NCBI RefSeq assembly: GCF_963921235.1
Contig: NC_086097.1
Coordinates: forward strand, 37,450,001 to 37,514,000
Origin: Mobula hypostoma
Lineage: Eukaryota
Length of the DNA stretch: 64,000 bases
Reading direction: 5' to 3'
The notes beneath the pieces were generated by a model. It did no database searches. It was not told the DNA's origin and saw only the letters and a program-made list of their open reading frames with translations. The position numbers were made by a program, and so were the translations under genes. The first letter of the stretch is position 1. Each line of letters opens with the position of its first letter. Shown here one piece after another: positions 12,801-26,741 of the stretch.

Positions 12801-15800
12801 AACTCAATTACAGTAATTATATATATGATTATTAAATAGTTAAGTTAAAATAAATGGTTCAAAAACAGAAATAAAAAATAAATCTGCTGCGGTGATTTCT
12901 TTAAAAGATTTAAAGTTTAAGCAATTAATAATATGATGCCTTGACAATGACCACTGGGACATTTCCACGATAAGCAAAGAATTGAGTTCATTTATTTGCA
13001 CATTATTTCATATTATTCCTTTTCATATCTATGTACAAAACAGAATCAAAATAATTTGATAAGTAGATGTAGCAAAATCTAACAGATTTATTTTTAAAAT
13101 GTAAAAACAAGTTAAAGGGGAGAAAGAAAGGAAATATCTATGTGAGCTTAGTCTGTAGATTTTGCTGCCCTCCCACGTAAAGGGCGATAATATTAAATCT
13201 AACACAAGTTATGTCAATTGAGATGGCAATGGAGCTGAAAAAGACAGCGATAACTCACACACACAAAATAAAGGTGGTCTAGGAAATCATTTGTTAGAAC
13301 AGAGCTGTAGCAGACCAAATTTAATGTTCTCAAATACAATATATAGAAAATTGGTTAGAGAAATTCACATTAGCAAAAGGGGATTGAAAAGGAGAATATG
13401 GAATTGGGCATTACTAGTTTCAACTTCTGAATTATACAAAGAAGCAATTAAATAGACAACTGATTGTCAAGATGTAACAAATCCATATTTTTAAAGAGGC
13501 TGTGCATTTTAGGCCAAACTCTAACGTTCAAATCATATCAACGCCCCTTTCGTTCCCATCCCCACCCCCCAAGAAAATTGAATATCCAACAGGTGCAAAG
13601 TCTAACAACCAGGCATCTCACCTCAGGGAATTGTGTGCTGATATTATACTGATATTATATTGAACGTCGGATGTAATGTTTCCCAAAGTAGTCTAATAGG
13701 GATCCTGGCTTTGTAAATTCTATAAATATTAAAGTGTTATAAATCAGCATAGAGTAGGACAGGGGAATCAGAGCAGTTTAAATAAATAGAAATTATCTGC
13801 AAATTAAATAACACTTTATTGTGCAAACAATGACAAATATTTTGGAATAATTTTCTAGTTAAAATAAAGATATCGAAATTTGAAATATAGGTTATTTCTA
13901 TAACAACAGATTCATGCACTAGTGATGTGAGTAGTGGTCATTCGGAGTCTTTGAATCCCTTGTATGTTCGTAAAGTACTTATATCTGAATCTAAAATTAG
14001 GCAGGACTTAGTTGGTTATGGGTGTTTTGGGGTTAACCAGCAAAACAGATCAGTGTTGGTCAGATGTTGCCCGAAGTTAAAGACATTAGCTTATGTGCTT
14101 CAGCTTTCTAGGTCAGATATCTGGCGAAGATATTTCACTCAGGCATGCATAAATAAATCTTCTGAATAAGATACCCTTGAATCTGTTCATATTCAGTGGT
14201 TGAGGATACTCAAAGCGGAGAACCAGTATTCAAGAGATATGGAGCTAAGTCCTTTAGTTCTTATATGCTAACTTTTAGTTTTCAATATATGAGATTTATT
14301 TTTCATTTAATGCTGTAATTTGTGGCATTGGAATGTTGTGCAGAATCTATTTATTTCAAGTTTAATTTATTCTTTTTTAAATGGGAGCGAGCTGTATGTA
14401 AAAAATAAAGAGATGCTAATGCAGTTTTATAATTCAAACGCAACTTGTATTAGATTCATACACTGTGTTACACACCCACTTCGCATTATATGCGTAAGTA
14501 AAAAGAAGTGGCACTTTTACCTTGAAGCGTAACCTCACTATCAATGGATATCCACGCAAGAAGAGAAAAGCGCTTCCGAGTTTTAGAGATGTGTTTTATA
14601 AGCAATAAAATGAACGCTTTAGATATTAATATATTATCCCATAATAATTTAGACAAAATTTATAATCACTTGTTAATATAAAGTTTTTCAGGGTGCTATC
14701 CCTAAATTCACTTCCGTTACAATGTTACCAAATTGTCTCCATCTTAATCACAACATTTGAAACCTTTAGAACAATACGCTTGTCAATTCAATTCAATTTC
14801 TTTGACTCAAAATCAGCCAACATCCAGGCTATATCAGAAAACATCAAGTGAGGTCATCAAATTTTGCGAAAAGAATTTAAAACAGTTAAGCTGGAAACAA
14901 CAGCGGAACTCAAAAAAAAACAAACTGAGTTGTAAAATATTTTCATTTAAGGAAACGTGCTCACCCATTCTGTCGTACGCTTGCCTTTCTCTCGTTTTCC
15001 TTCTCTTTTGTTATGCATGGTTCAATGCTGTCTGAACCCTAGCCTTTTGCTTTGCTTGCCTCTTGCGGATTCAAAAATGATGGCTGGTAAATCTTTTGTA
15101 AGCTCCTCGTTAGCCAATACAACTTCACAAAATACTTAGAGCGCCCTTTGTCCTCCAAGGACTCGAGATCCCATCATTAGCGTTTATTACTCAGGGAAGT
15201 TTGACAATGTAATTGACTGCTTACAAGACTTTTTCATTCATTCCCGCCGAGGTCCACCCCACGCTTGAATAGAAACGGAAATATTCAAATATTTCCCTTG
15301 CTCGTGTACAAAAGAGAATAAGATGTTTCACATCTCTCCCAATCACGTCAAAGCACAATATTTTCTGTCTCTTTTACCGATCGAGAAAACAACAATTGCG
15401 CTTTTAGGTAATATTGTTCTTTTACATAATTCGCAAATGCCAAATACAGGCAACAAATGTGAAATATTGCTCGGGAATTTTATGTTCCTTCTGTTCTTAG
15501 TAAAGTAGAAACAAGCACATAATTCCAATGTCCCGTGTTATTTAGTACAACGTTGCTATGTTTGGAAACTACTTGTTATTCATTTGCTAATCAGCGGAAT
15601 GCCTCCAGAGCATGAGTCCCATTATGTTGCTACCTAAATCTTCCATGACCCTGTCAATTTCATGATCACATGTAGATAATGTCACTGTAAAACGCTTACT
15701 TCGTGTTAAAGGTTTCACGAGAACCCAAATTTTATATCTCTTAAGAAAACGCTACGTAATTGAATGAACCGTAGATTAGAATGTAATTTATAGATGTTAT

Positions 15801-18410
15801 GCAACCAATCAACTAATTATTTAAGAGCGTTTTTTTTCTAAATATAACCTCTGAATATTAATTGGAAATTGTTCTTTTTATGTTCATCTTTTGCTTTACA
15901 GCCTGCCAGTAAACCAGCTGAAGGTTCATGAAATCATTCAATATGTTCATTCGAATGGTATGAAACGTCATTCAGTATGATTCCGTGCACATCTACAGAT
16001 TTAAAGGACGTTTGTCTTCCGAGGTAAACATGAGAACAAAATTTAGGTGCAGATTTTTTTTAATTGATTAAATAGATTGCATTATCCTAAAAAGACCGCA
16101 ACTTCTCGCCAGTTCTTTTGTGCCATCCTGAATGCTGGTGGAAAATCTTTCTCTCGCAAGGCTGATCGGGTGATTTCTGTCTTGTCAAGTCTTGTCAGTA
16201 TCACCACCCAATACAATGAATACAACTAAACTTCATACCATACATATATCGAATGTTCCATCTTCACTTCATTAATATACAAACGGTAGTTTAAAAATAA
16301 AAATGACCATACTGGAGTTAATTATTGAATGACCACATGAGCTCGATTTGAATTATAAGCAGTACATAGATACATTTTATTTTATCTTGAAGGGTTAAGT
16401 CTACCATTCTTGGTCTGAGCCTAAACAACCGGCAGAATGATAATGATAAATTATCCTCATCAAGTTACCTATAAAAAGCATTTTGATGAAATCCTTAATG
16501 GATGAATGAAATGACATGCAGTGAATGAGATCTATTTTCTCTATGACCCTTTCAAAATGAGAAATCTACAGAAAGTCGCTTTAAATAAATAATAGCTTTC
16601 AAAAAGTATGGATAATAAATTGCAATAGCAAGTTATGTTTTCAGAGTCCATTTCTAAAAGTTCCAGTATATAAAATTCTATTCTGTGCATTAAAATGTTA
16701 GAAACCGAAGTGTACACCTGTCGTGAACAATCCGTTTTGGCTAAATCTTTACCTGGAATGAAACAGCTCATATTCAGCAGTTGCGAACCTGGTTTGGCTG
16801 ATTTTAGCCGCCATTCCTTGCCCTGATCACAATAAAATCTCCGTTCATAAGAACCCACAATAACACCAACATCGCTTAACAATTCATAAATTTGTACTTC
16901 GCTTCAAAGATAATTCACCAAGAATTTACTCCTAAATTGAAAAAAAACGCATCTTTGTCATCTGCATCTTATATCTACGCCTCTATGCGATGTCGTATAT
17001 CAACAAACAAACATCTAATTTCTGGTTTAAATATAACCATAGGTGGAGGGAATGAAAGCATTAGTCAGCATCCTGTCACTGGAATGGTGTTTATTGTAAG
17101 TAGTATTCGTGTAAAATCTAGTGTGATCGCTAGCGTCTGTACAAAGACACTGACGCGCCAAAGGCAAAGTTCTTAGCAGATAAGCACGAAGCAGCACAGG
17201 TCTTTAAATTGGATTATTATCTTAGCAATGTCCTCTGACGCATTGCAGATTTCACGCCAGCTTTTATAGAATGAGTAGGAATTACCAAATATCGAAAATG
17301 ATGGATGGTTTAAGATTCTGCTTTGTGTTTCAGTAATATGTATTCGGTAAATATTTTTCACTTTGACCGATCGAGGCCGAGACGCGCTCGTTTGTATATT
17401 AAATTTGAAGAATTAAAGAGCACTCGCTCCTTGTTAGTGCATAACGCACGTGTGTATTTTACAGTATATGGCGCCCTCTTTATCTTTAAATTGAAGAGAG
17501 CCTCCGCGCTTTATCGTATGCAACATAGAAAGTTGCAAGTGTTGGAAATCTGAAATAAAAACAGAACATGTGGAAATACTCATCTGTGTATTGTGGCAGC
17601 ATCTCTTGAGAACTGCCGCCCAACCTGCCGAATGTTTCCAACATTTCCTGTTTTTATTTCTGTTTAGTTAATTTCAGCCCTTGGCCAAACACTTCACGAA
17701 ATGCTAACTGTTGGCGACGTAAAAATAAAGCCCTGTACAATTCTCCGCACCAATATTTGTCTTAAACTGACTAAAGCATTTGCTCCCGTGGAGAAAATAA
17801 GCACAATTTCTTCTTAGGTTCTACAGTCCATTCCAAAAACGATTAAAACAAATTAATTGATAATCAGGTTTTTAAAGAAAATAGGCAGGGAATGTATCTA
17901 TTTGCGTCCTTATGATCAATACAAGTTTCAATTATAAAGCTCAAACTGTTATAATAAGGTATAATATATAGCTAATCACAAACTGAACAGCGCGGTCTTC
18001 CGATTTGCCAATAAGCGTAGATGTACATAGTCAAGATATATCGTTCTGCTATAATTCTTAAGTGTTCAACAGCAGACAAGAAATCAAGTTACACTGAAAT
18101 TAATTTCTTAATGGGAAAACACAAATGAAAACAGATGCGGCAAGCAAATAGAACACAGCCCAAACGGTTGAAGTGTTAAATTGTCTAATACGAATCGACC
18201 TACGTTTTAAGGATTCCCCCCACCCCACCCCCCACAAGCGAGACGCTTGGCTTTCTCTCATATTATAGGATTAAATGATTCTTTCTAATTTAGTTGATTC
18301 AAGTAAAATTAATCGAAATGTTTAAGTAAAACATTATAGAATGTAAATTTGTATTTGCAAACACAGAAAATAAAACTGAAGATTCAGATAAAAAGCCCGT
18401 CATTATATAT

Positions 18411-18416
18411 TTTATT
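18411..18416 (-). terminator. Candidate SIX6 polyadenylation signal AATAAA
   Basis: tttatt on plus = AATAAA on minus, ~540 nt downstream of the SIX6 stop in AT-rich 3' UTR-like sequence. Other sites are possible. Confidence 0.4.
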
Positions 18417-18695
18417 TTCTTTCAAATTGTAGATCCACTAGCTAACATACAACATTCTACAAATATTCTTTGCACAAAGAAACAAATAATTTTAAAATAC
18501 TAACAACGCAACCTTTTTTAAATAGATAAACAAACATATGTTTATATGTATGTGTGTGTGTATATATATATATAACTTTAAAGTAAAGTAAAAATATAAC
18601 ACCGATTTTCAACATGAAATACCCACGAAGGTACAGGGCAGGTGCTCAAAATGTTGCAGCTTGACAGATTTTTTGAGGCACCATTTCGGTATTTT

Positions 18696-18700
<5 letters not shown>

Positions 18701-18726
<26 letters not shown>

Positions 18727-18753
18727 TAATATATATATATATATATATATATA
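18701..18753. repeat. Compound (CT)n-(AT)n microsatellite in the SIX6 3' UTR; further (TG)(TA) at 18551-18573 and (CT) at 18928-18955
   Basis: Seen directly. Confidence 0.95.
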
Positions 18754-18953
18754 TGCTGTGTATATATCCTTTCAATAAAGGCAATAACAAGTTTTTTAAG
18801 ACCATAGTCGTTAAGTCTGCTGCCTCATAGCATAACAGTCGTTTTTTAAAAGACCAATGCAAGCATGTGGCGATTCTGATTATTGGCAGTCTTTGCCCAA
18901 TTGAAATGTGCAGGAATTCGGGGGCATTCTCTCTCTCTCTCTCTCCCCCTCTC

Positions 18954-19134
18954 TCAGATGTCACAGTCACTATCGCTCGATGTGATGGAGATCGCCAAAG
19001 TCGCTGATTTGTTCCTCCCGGAGACGCTGCAGAGACTGATGGCGGGACTTGAGGCGGCCACCAGTGGTTCCACGGCGGCGTCTTTCTCGTTCAAGGAGCG
19101 CACGGTTGCCTGCGACAAAATCTGCTGCTGTAGC
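18954..19134 (-). CDS. SIX6: SIX6 exon 2 (C-terminal region to the TGA stop)
   Basis: Acceptor ttttccctcgcgggggcag|G. Reads (R)[59 protein letters not shown], matching the SIX6 C-terminus (..[13 protein letters not shown]). 181 nt, phase-compatible with exon 1. Confidence 0.96.
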
Positions 19135-19905
19135 CTGCCCCCGCGAGGGAAAAGAACACAGCGAGGAATTATACAGCAATCTCAAAGTAGTAACAATATA
19201 CATTGACACACTACCGCACTTCAATAATGGGACCTAATAACACATCCAAGGAGCACCTTTAAGATTTGTAAAAGGCGAGTTGAACAATAAAAAAAAATCA
19301 AGATTATTCCTTTAAAACATGCTGGCATTTTTTAAAAACACGCTGGCGTTTTTAAAAACACACACACGGAATCAGATAAAACACTGAAATCCCAGAAATA
19401 TGTGTAAACGTCAGAAAGATTCATTTAGTAGTATTGCACGCTTATATTTTGTATTGCCCAAATGCTCCTGTGACCCGTTTTATAAGGAAATCTGAGTGCT
19501 TATTTGAAAATGAACCTACTCAAACTAATTTACGCAGTTACTGCGCGAACTATATATAACATGAAGTATTATCTTGCGACAGATATGGTTTATGAGTTCG
19601 CTTTACCCGTCAGTTTTAAGCACTCACAGGTATGCATCAACAGATCAGTGAATTCCATTTTCAACCTCTGCAGTAAAGCGCTGCAAAGTTTTATTTTTTC
19701 TAAAACAGGGTTTCAAATTATATGCGTAATTAAAATTGGGATAACTTTAAGTAAAATCAAACAATAATTTTTTTAAAAATTACTTTCGTACATTACTAGA
19801 TTTATTGTTGCTGCATTTGTCAGAACGGTTGATCCAATAGATATTTATTTATCCAATGCATATACACAGGTACTGTATTTAAGGAGCTCATACAGTATGC
19901 ACTCA

Positions 19906-20520
<615 letters not shown>

Positions 20521-20694
20521 TTACGGTACGAACTCCAATGGGCAAAACAAGCAGCCGATGCGTTTTAGTTAGATTCCCATACGCCAAACATGAACTTGGT
20601 GCTTCAAGTGACAGGGTTAGCAGTTGATCCTTTGCGGTTGCGATGATGAGATGCTGTTAAAAGCCGAAGAAAAAAAGGATTCAGCCCACGTCTG

Positions 20695-20772
20695 ATTTTC
20701 TATTGGACTTGGCAGATTCAGTGCCTGGTTGCCATGGCTGCCTGTCAATCACTGTCAAGTTTGCCAATCAAC
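20695..20772 (-). promoter_or_regulatory. SIX6 proximal promoter motif cluster (CCAAT, RFX X-box, PBX-MEIS/PREP decamer)
   Basis: CCAAT boxes at 20702-20706 (minus) and 20764-20768 (plus). GTTGCCATGGCTGC at 20728-20741. Exact TGATTGACAG (minus) at 20742-20751 and a second TGACAG at 20752-20757. About 220-290 nt upstream of the ATG. Confidence 0.65.
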
Positions 20773-23700
20773 CAGAAGCAAGAGTCTGAATTTTACCACC
20801 TCCAAATAAACAGTGCTTTTCTTGAAAAAGCAAGCATGCTGACTTTCGTTTCTATATTTGATAAACCTAACAAAACACAAGCAATGAAAAATTAATGGTA
20901 CGGATAAAACAAAAACACTTCCACGGGTAAAAGGGAAAGGAACTTGATATAACGCCATTCGTAAAACACAATGCAGTCGATTCGGGATGTAAGATTCACA
21001 TATCGCTTAGATTGAAAATTTGTAGGTGGACCAGTTTGAAATATTAATTCACGTGGCAAAATTCAACTCTCCAGTGTTTGTTCAGTAAGTATATTTGTTT
21101 TCTACTTGTAATAATACGTATTGTGCAAAATCCAAAGGTGTGAAATAATACGGCGATTTGGTCAATTCTCTAGTCTCCATGTCATTAGCATTATCTATCT
21201 GTACAATTGTTACAAAGTATTCCAAAACATCTCAAATAGCATTTAGAATTAAGCATACTGGGACATTTTCATCAAACTGGCGAGCTATATATTATCTCAT
21301 TTAACTTATAGCCCGCATTATTGTAATTATACTGTTATATACCGTAATCTTGAAAACTTAATATATCATTATCTTAAAGATAAACAATTAAGTTCAAAGT
21401 AATACATGCCTAATGATGTTCATATCCACGACGTGAAAAAATCCGATGGTTTTATAGCCTATTTAAAATGATCTGATGTATTTTGAACCGTTTCTGTCCT
21501 TGCGTGTCTCTAAAGGTACACCTTCCTTTAAACGCCTTGACCTTTAATAATAAAAAGTTTTTAAAAATCTCAAAATGGTGTAAACTGTTCAAAATAATCT
21601 TCGCCACAGCTTCCAAAATTCCGAATAATGTTATTGTCTTCAATCAGAATGCGTCGCTTTTGCATTTAGACAACTGTCTCATTGAAATTAAGAACCATTT
21701 CACGCGCATTTATATTATTTTAACATCTCTACTGAGTTGACTTTTAAAGATATCCATTGCAGCTATTTCGAGTGAATTCCAAGAGGGTTGGGAATGCCCT
21801 CTGTGCATTACGCTGTAGCGTAAACCAATATGCAGCGTTGGCGCAGGGACACCCGAAGCCTCGTCTGACAACAGCTAATTCAGTTGGAACAAACGCTCAT
21901 AATTTCAATGAAGCTATAGTTGAAAAATGATGCGTCTAACATGCCGAAATGGTGAAATGGCATTGGATTCAAAATAATGGATTCAAAAAAGGATATTTAT
22001 GGCCCGCGCTCTCACGTATTAAAGGATATTTCTTTTGATTGAAAATACCCAGTCCCGATAATTATACAATCACCTCCTCTTTCTCATTTCGTTACCATTT
22101 GACAAGCAAACATTTTTCTACATTGAATCTGGTATGGTAGTAAAAATAGTTTATACAATTGTCTTCTGTAAGATTTTCATTGCAATTAGTTCAATGGGGT
22201 TATGTCGATCTATGCCACACTGCATCTAATGCTATTTAGAAGGAAGCCGTAATAAGGCATTGAAGACCCGACCCGCTTAAATTGTGATCTTGTCTTGAAT
22301 CGTGTAACTCTGGCAAAATATTTTATATCCATCAAGGGATGTATATGATAAATATTATTTGCACTTGTCATTCATCTTAGATTTGCTCAGAATACAATAG
22401 GCAATCTGTGATCATTCCAAGCATAGATGATTATATTGAGAATTGCTGATATTACTGAGCCAATCTGCGCTAGTAAATGGCGTACCACTTCTTTGCATTG
22501 TTTACATTATCTCTAGATTTGCAACGACGGCAGCATCAGCCAAGCAAATAAAACGCTCTCCGTATAAACTTGTCACAAGACATCTATTTCATAAGATATA
22601 ATACTGTACGTGCGAGTGCGGGCCAGATTTTGCCAGAAAGCTTGTAGCGACACAGCAACTCAATATAAACGTTTATTTTTGCGAGAAGAAAGATATTCCA
22701 AATTGCTGAACAGAAAGGGGCACGTTGATATGTGTCAATGCTCATCTGATTAGCTGAATGTATTTAAGGTAAGGATTAGTTAAAGACACGTGAATGATAT
22801 AGTACATCATTTATATTCAAGTGACCACAATTGGATAGATATAATCTTTCTGGTCTAGTTATTCGAAACCACTGAGCCCATGGTCATTCACCTGTACATA
22901 TAGCTATCAATCGTACCGCGTAATTATAAAATAAGTACAAAGGCGATTATTTAATGAAAACATGTATTTATAATGTTAACACTTCTCAATGTGGGGCAGA
23001 ATGCCGTTATTCTTAATTGATAACGCTCCAGAGGAAATCTGAGTGGCGCTCTGCTCTGTAACATTCAAGGCAGCGTTGTATATATTATGTGTTTCTTTCT
23101 TCTCAATAGATTTGTAATACATAACTTGATAAGTTTGTGAAATCTACGTGGATCAGTATACTTTATGCGTATTAAATGCCGCTGGTAAAAAAAAACTTGC
23201 ATTGTTTCAGTGTGGTAGAGGGAAATGGTTCAAATGCATAGACATAATTTACACTCTAAATTTTGCATCTGGCAGTTCACCTCAAAAATTAACTTATGAA
23301 GATTCTGCTCTATCTATTAATAACATAGCAACGAGGTAGGCTATTAATAGATAGAACACACAATACTTTATTGATTTGTGTGGAAATGTGCATTGATTGC
23401 TGTAGCTCCAACCTCATGGGGATAAATAACTTACTCATGCATGTGGATTTACCTAGGATGCCAGCAATGTATTTGATATTCCCCATTTTATAAAGAATTA
23501 ATTATTTTACACATTAGTATAGTAGGATAAAAGTTTTTACTCTTGTGACAATGCAATGTTAATACAATTGAAAATACCCAGGACTTTGCCAGAGATGGCA
23601 TAATGTTTCTAATCATTAATAGTCTATATAGATTGCATTGTTTGTATTCAATCTCAGTATTTGAGTATCATTGGTAACTCCAGCATTTCTTGCTCATATT

Positions 23701-24812
23701 TATCTGCTCTAACAACTGAATTTCTTGTGTGCTATTTTAGGTAGTTAAGAGTTACTTAATTAGAGTTATATGTATGCCAGAGCTAATTAGAACAAATTCT
23801 TCAAAGGGTATCAGTTAACCAAGCTGTGTGGTTACAACAATCCAACTGCATCATTGTCAATTTTGCTGTTATTTTTCTTTTAAGATCTTTTAAAACTCAA
23901 TTCAAATTCCCAAAATTAACACCTTTTTTTATGTTTTTGTCAGCAGACTAATTAGATTAGGAAAACATCACCTTCTATTAGGACTTACAAGAAGAAGAGA
24001 GCGGGTTTTATAATACCTATGAAATAATCTGAGGTACCTTCTACCTGGTTTTATTTGGATATCATTTTATAGGAATATGTAATTTGTTAATATTTTTAGC
24101 ATTAAAGTTGGCAACCCATCACACAAATGAAATCCTCCCAATAATTTATTTAAAAACCAATAGTTAATGTTTTACACTAAAATATTACTACCAGCGGTAC
24201 AGTTTGACCCATCTGACAGGCATTTTCATGAACATATAGCTGATGTAAAGTCATACAGAAGGTTCCCCACATGGAGATCTGTATCTAATATCGGATTAAT
24301 AATAAATTCAGGCAAGAAATATAGTCACTCTACTCCAAAATTTATGATCCTTTCAAACCAAGTGCAATTTTCAGCTACACCTTAACTATAATAATGCATT
24401 TTAAAATCTTCACTAACTGTGTAGGGCTGGAAATGTGACATTATACTGCAGGTGCAATAGCATATCTCATCCACAGGCCACTGCCTGTTACCTAGCTGGC
24501 TATAGGTCTGGTGCACAAACTGTGGATCACAGGGCAATGTGCCTGAGATTTTTTGCATGCTTAAGTGAAGGAAAAAACAATTGAGATAACTGCCATTATC
24601 TTTTATCAAACCTATAATATGATACCTGTCTACATACTCCTATTTGCATGCATTAGGTCCATATCTTCCTCCTCCTTTCCTATGCTGGTACCTGTTCGAA
24701 TTGTAATTGTACCTGTCTCTTCCACTTCCTCTGAAACCTTATTCCAAATATTCATCTGTGTGCAAACCTTGTCCCTCATATCTCTTTTATATTTCTCCCC
24801 ATTATACATGGT

Positions 24813-25885
24813 TCGGCATGGTGGTGTAGTGCTTAGTGCAATGCTTTACACTGCCAGCCATCACTGATCAGAAGCACGAGAAAGTCTGCCGATGCTGGAA
24901 ATCCAAAGCAACACCAAAACGCTGGAGGAACTCAACAGGTCAAGCAGTATCTATGGAAAAGAATAAACAATTGACGTTTCAGGCTGCAACCCTTCTTCAG
25001 GACTGAGAAGGAAGGGGGAAGATGCCAGAAATAAAAAGGGTGGGGGGAGAAGAAAGAGGCTAGCTAGAAGGTGATAGCTGAAGCCAGGTGGGTGGGAAAG
25101 GTCAAGGGCAGGAGAAGAAAGAATCTGATAGGAGGGGGCAGTGGACCATAGGAGAAAAGTAAGTGGGAGGGAACCCAGGGAGAAATAATAGGCAGGTGAG
25201 TAGAAGTAAAAGCTCAGAGTTGGGAATAGAGGAAAGGGGGGGGGGGAATTTCTTTTTAACCAGAAGGAGAATTTGATGTTCATGCCATGAGGTTGGAGGC
25301 TACCCAGACAGAATAAAGTGTTGCTCCTCCAATCTATGTGTGGCCTCAAGAGGAGGCCATGGATCAACATGTTAGAATCGGATTGGGAATGGGAATTGAA
25401 ATGTTTGGCCACCGGGAAGTCCTGCTTGTGGCGAACGGTATGGAGGTGCTTGATGAAGTGGTCCCACAATTTACGATGGGTCTCAGCAACATAGAGGAGG
25501 CCGCATCAGGAGCACTGGACACAGTGGACGACCCCAGCAGATTCGTGGGTGAAGTGTTACCTCACCTGGAAGGACTGTTTCGGGCCCTGAATGGAGGTGA
25601 GGAAGGAGGTGACCACTGATCAGTGTTCAATTCCCATTGCTATCTGTAAGGAGTTAGTACACTCTCCCCAAGACTGTGTGGATTTCCTCCAGTTCCTCCA
25701 GTTCCCTCCCCCATTACAAGGATGTGGGGTTAGAGTTACGGCTGGTATGCTGTGGACATGCTATGTTGGCGCTGGAAGCATGGCATCATTTGCTCCAACC
25801 ACGTCCTCATATTGTGTAGGTTGTTGATGCAATTGGTGCATTTCATTGTATGTTTCAGTCTACACGTGACAAATAAGGCTGACCT
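24813..25885 (+). mobile_element. tRNA-derived SINE split by a Penelope insertion (SINE parts ~24813-24871 and ~25614-25885)
   Basis: A-box-like tggtgtagtgcttag (24820-24835) and B-box-like gtgttcaattccc (25623-25635) are separated by the Penelope fragment. cactgatcag is duplicated at both junctions. Confidence 0.65.
24872..25613 (-). mobile_element. Penelope-like element 3' fragment (GIY-YIG remnant + pLTR with hammerhead core)
   Basis: Minus-strand peptide QDFPVAKHFNSHS..HGLL..GSLQPHGMNIKFS. 10-bp TSD cactgatcag at 24862-24871 and 25614-25623. Confidence 0.85.
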
Positions 25886-26741
25886 TTAAATATTTAACAA
25901 GGCACTTGATGAAAATCAGCCTCCCCTCCTTCTATATCTACACTCCCTTCTGTCTCGGCAAAAAGCTCTCCTACCCTAGATATTCTCCTCCCTTCCACGG
26001 GGCAGAAGATAGAAAAACTTGAAAACATACACCACCAGGCTGAAAGACAGCTTTTATTCAACTCTTGAATGGACCTCTTGCACAGTAAAGATGAACTCTT
26101 GGCATCACAGTCTTCTTCAATATGGATATTGTAGTTTATTGTTACCTGAACTACACTTTTATCGTAACTATAACATTGCATTCTGTGACGCTTTTGCCTT
26201 TATACCACCTTGATGTGTTTATGTTTTGATATAATCTGTATGGATGGCATGTACACACTAAGTTTTTCACTGTATTTCAGAACACATTTCAATAATAAAC
26301 CAATAACCAATGATCAATCCAAGCTCCAATCTGGTGAATCGCTTCTGCACTCTTTCTACTATCTCCACTTCTTTCCTGTAGTGTGGTGACTGGAACCATA
26401 TGTAATCTGAACTCTTACTATTCCGCCTTTAAATACAGACCACGTGTCTGGTGTTGTTTCTCTCCCCTAATGGCTGCTCCCAATATAACATCACCGGGTC
26501 TTAGCATACTTTGTTAAAATCAGCCCTCCACCACTTTAAGATCTTAACTCTAGGATGATTTTTTTCCATGACTATATCGAAACTCACTGAACTATGGTTT
26601 TTTCCCCCAAATTTTCCTCCACAGACGCTTCCACCAACTGCTCATCCTCATTCCCCAGGATGAGATCAGGTCTGTGGGGATGAACTTGGTCTTTTATTCC
26701 ATAGGTACCAAAATAGAAAGAAGGCACTAACATTAAGTCCT

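Noticed and set aside
18970..19224. 84-aa minus-strand ORF as SIX6 exon 2 or a separate gene
   Set aside because: Wrong frame; the phase-2 splice at 19134 gives the real SIX6 C-terminus.
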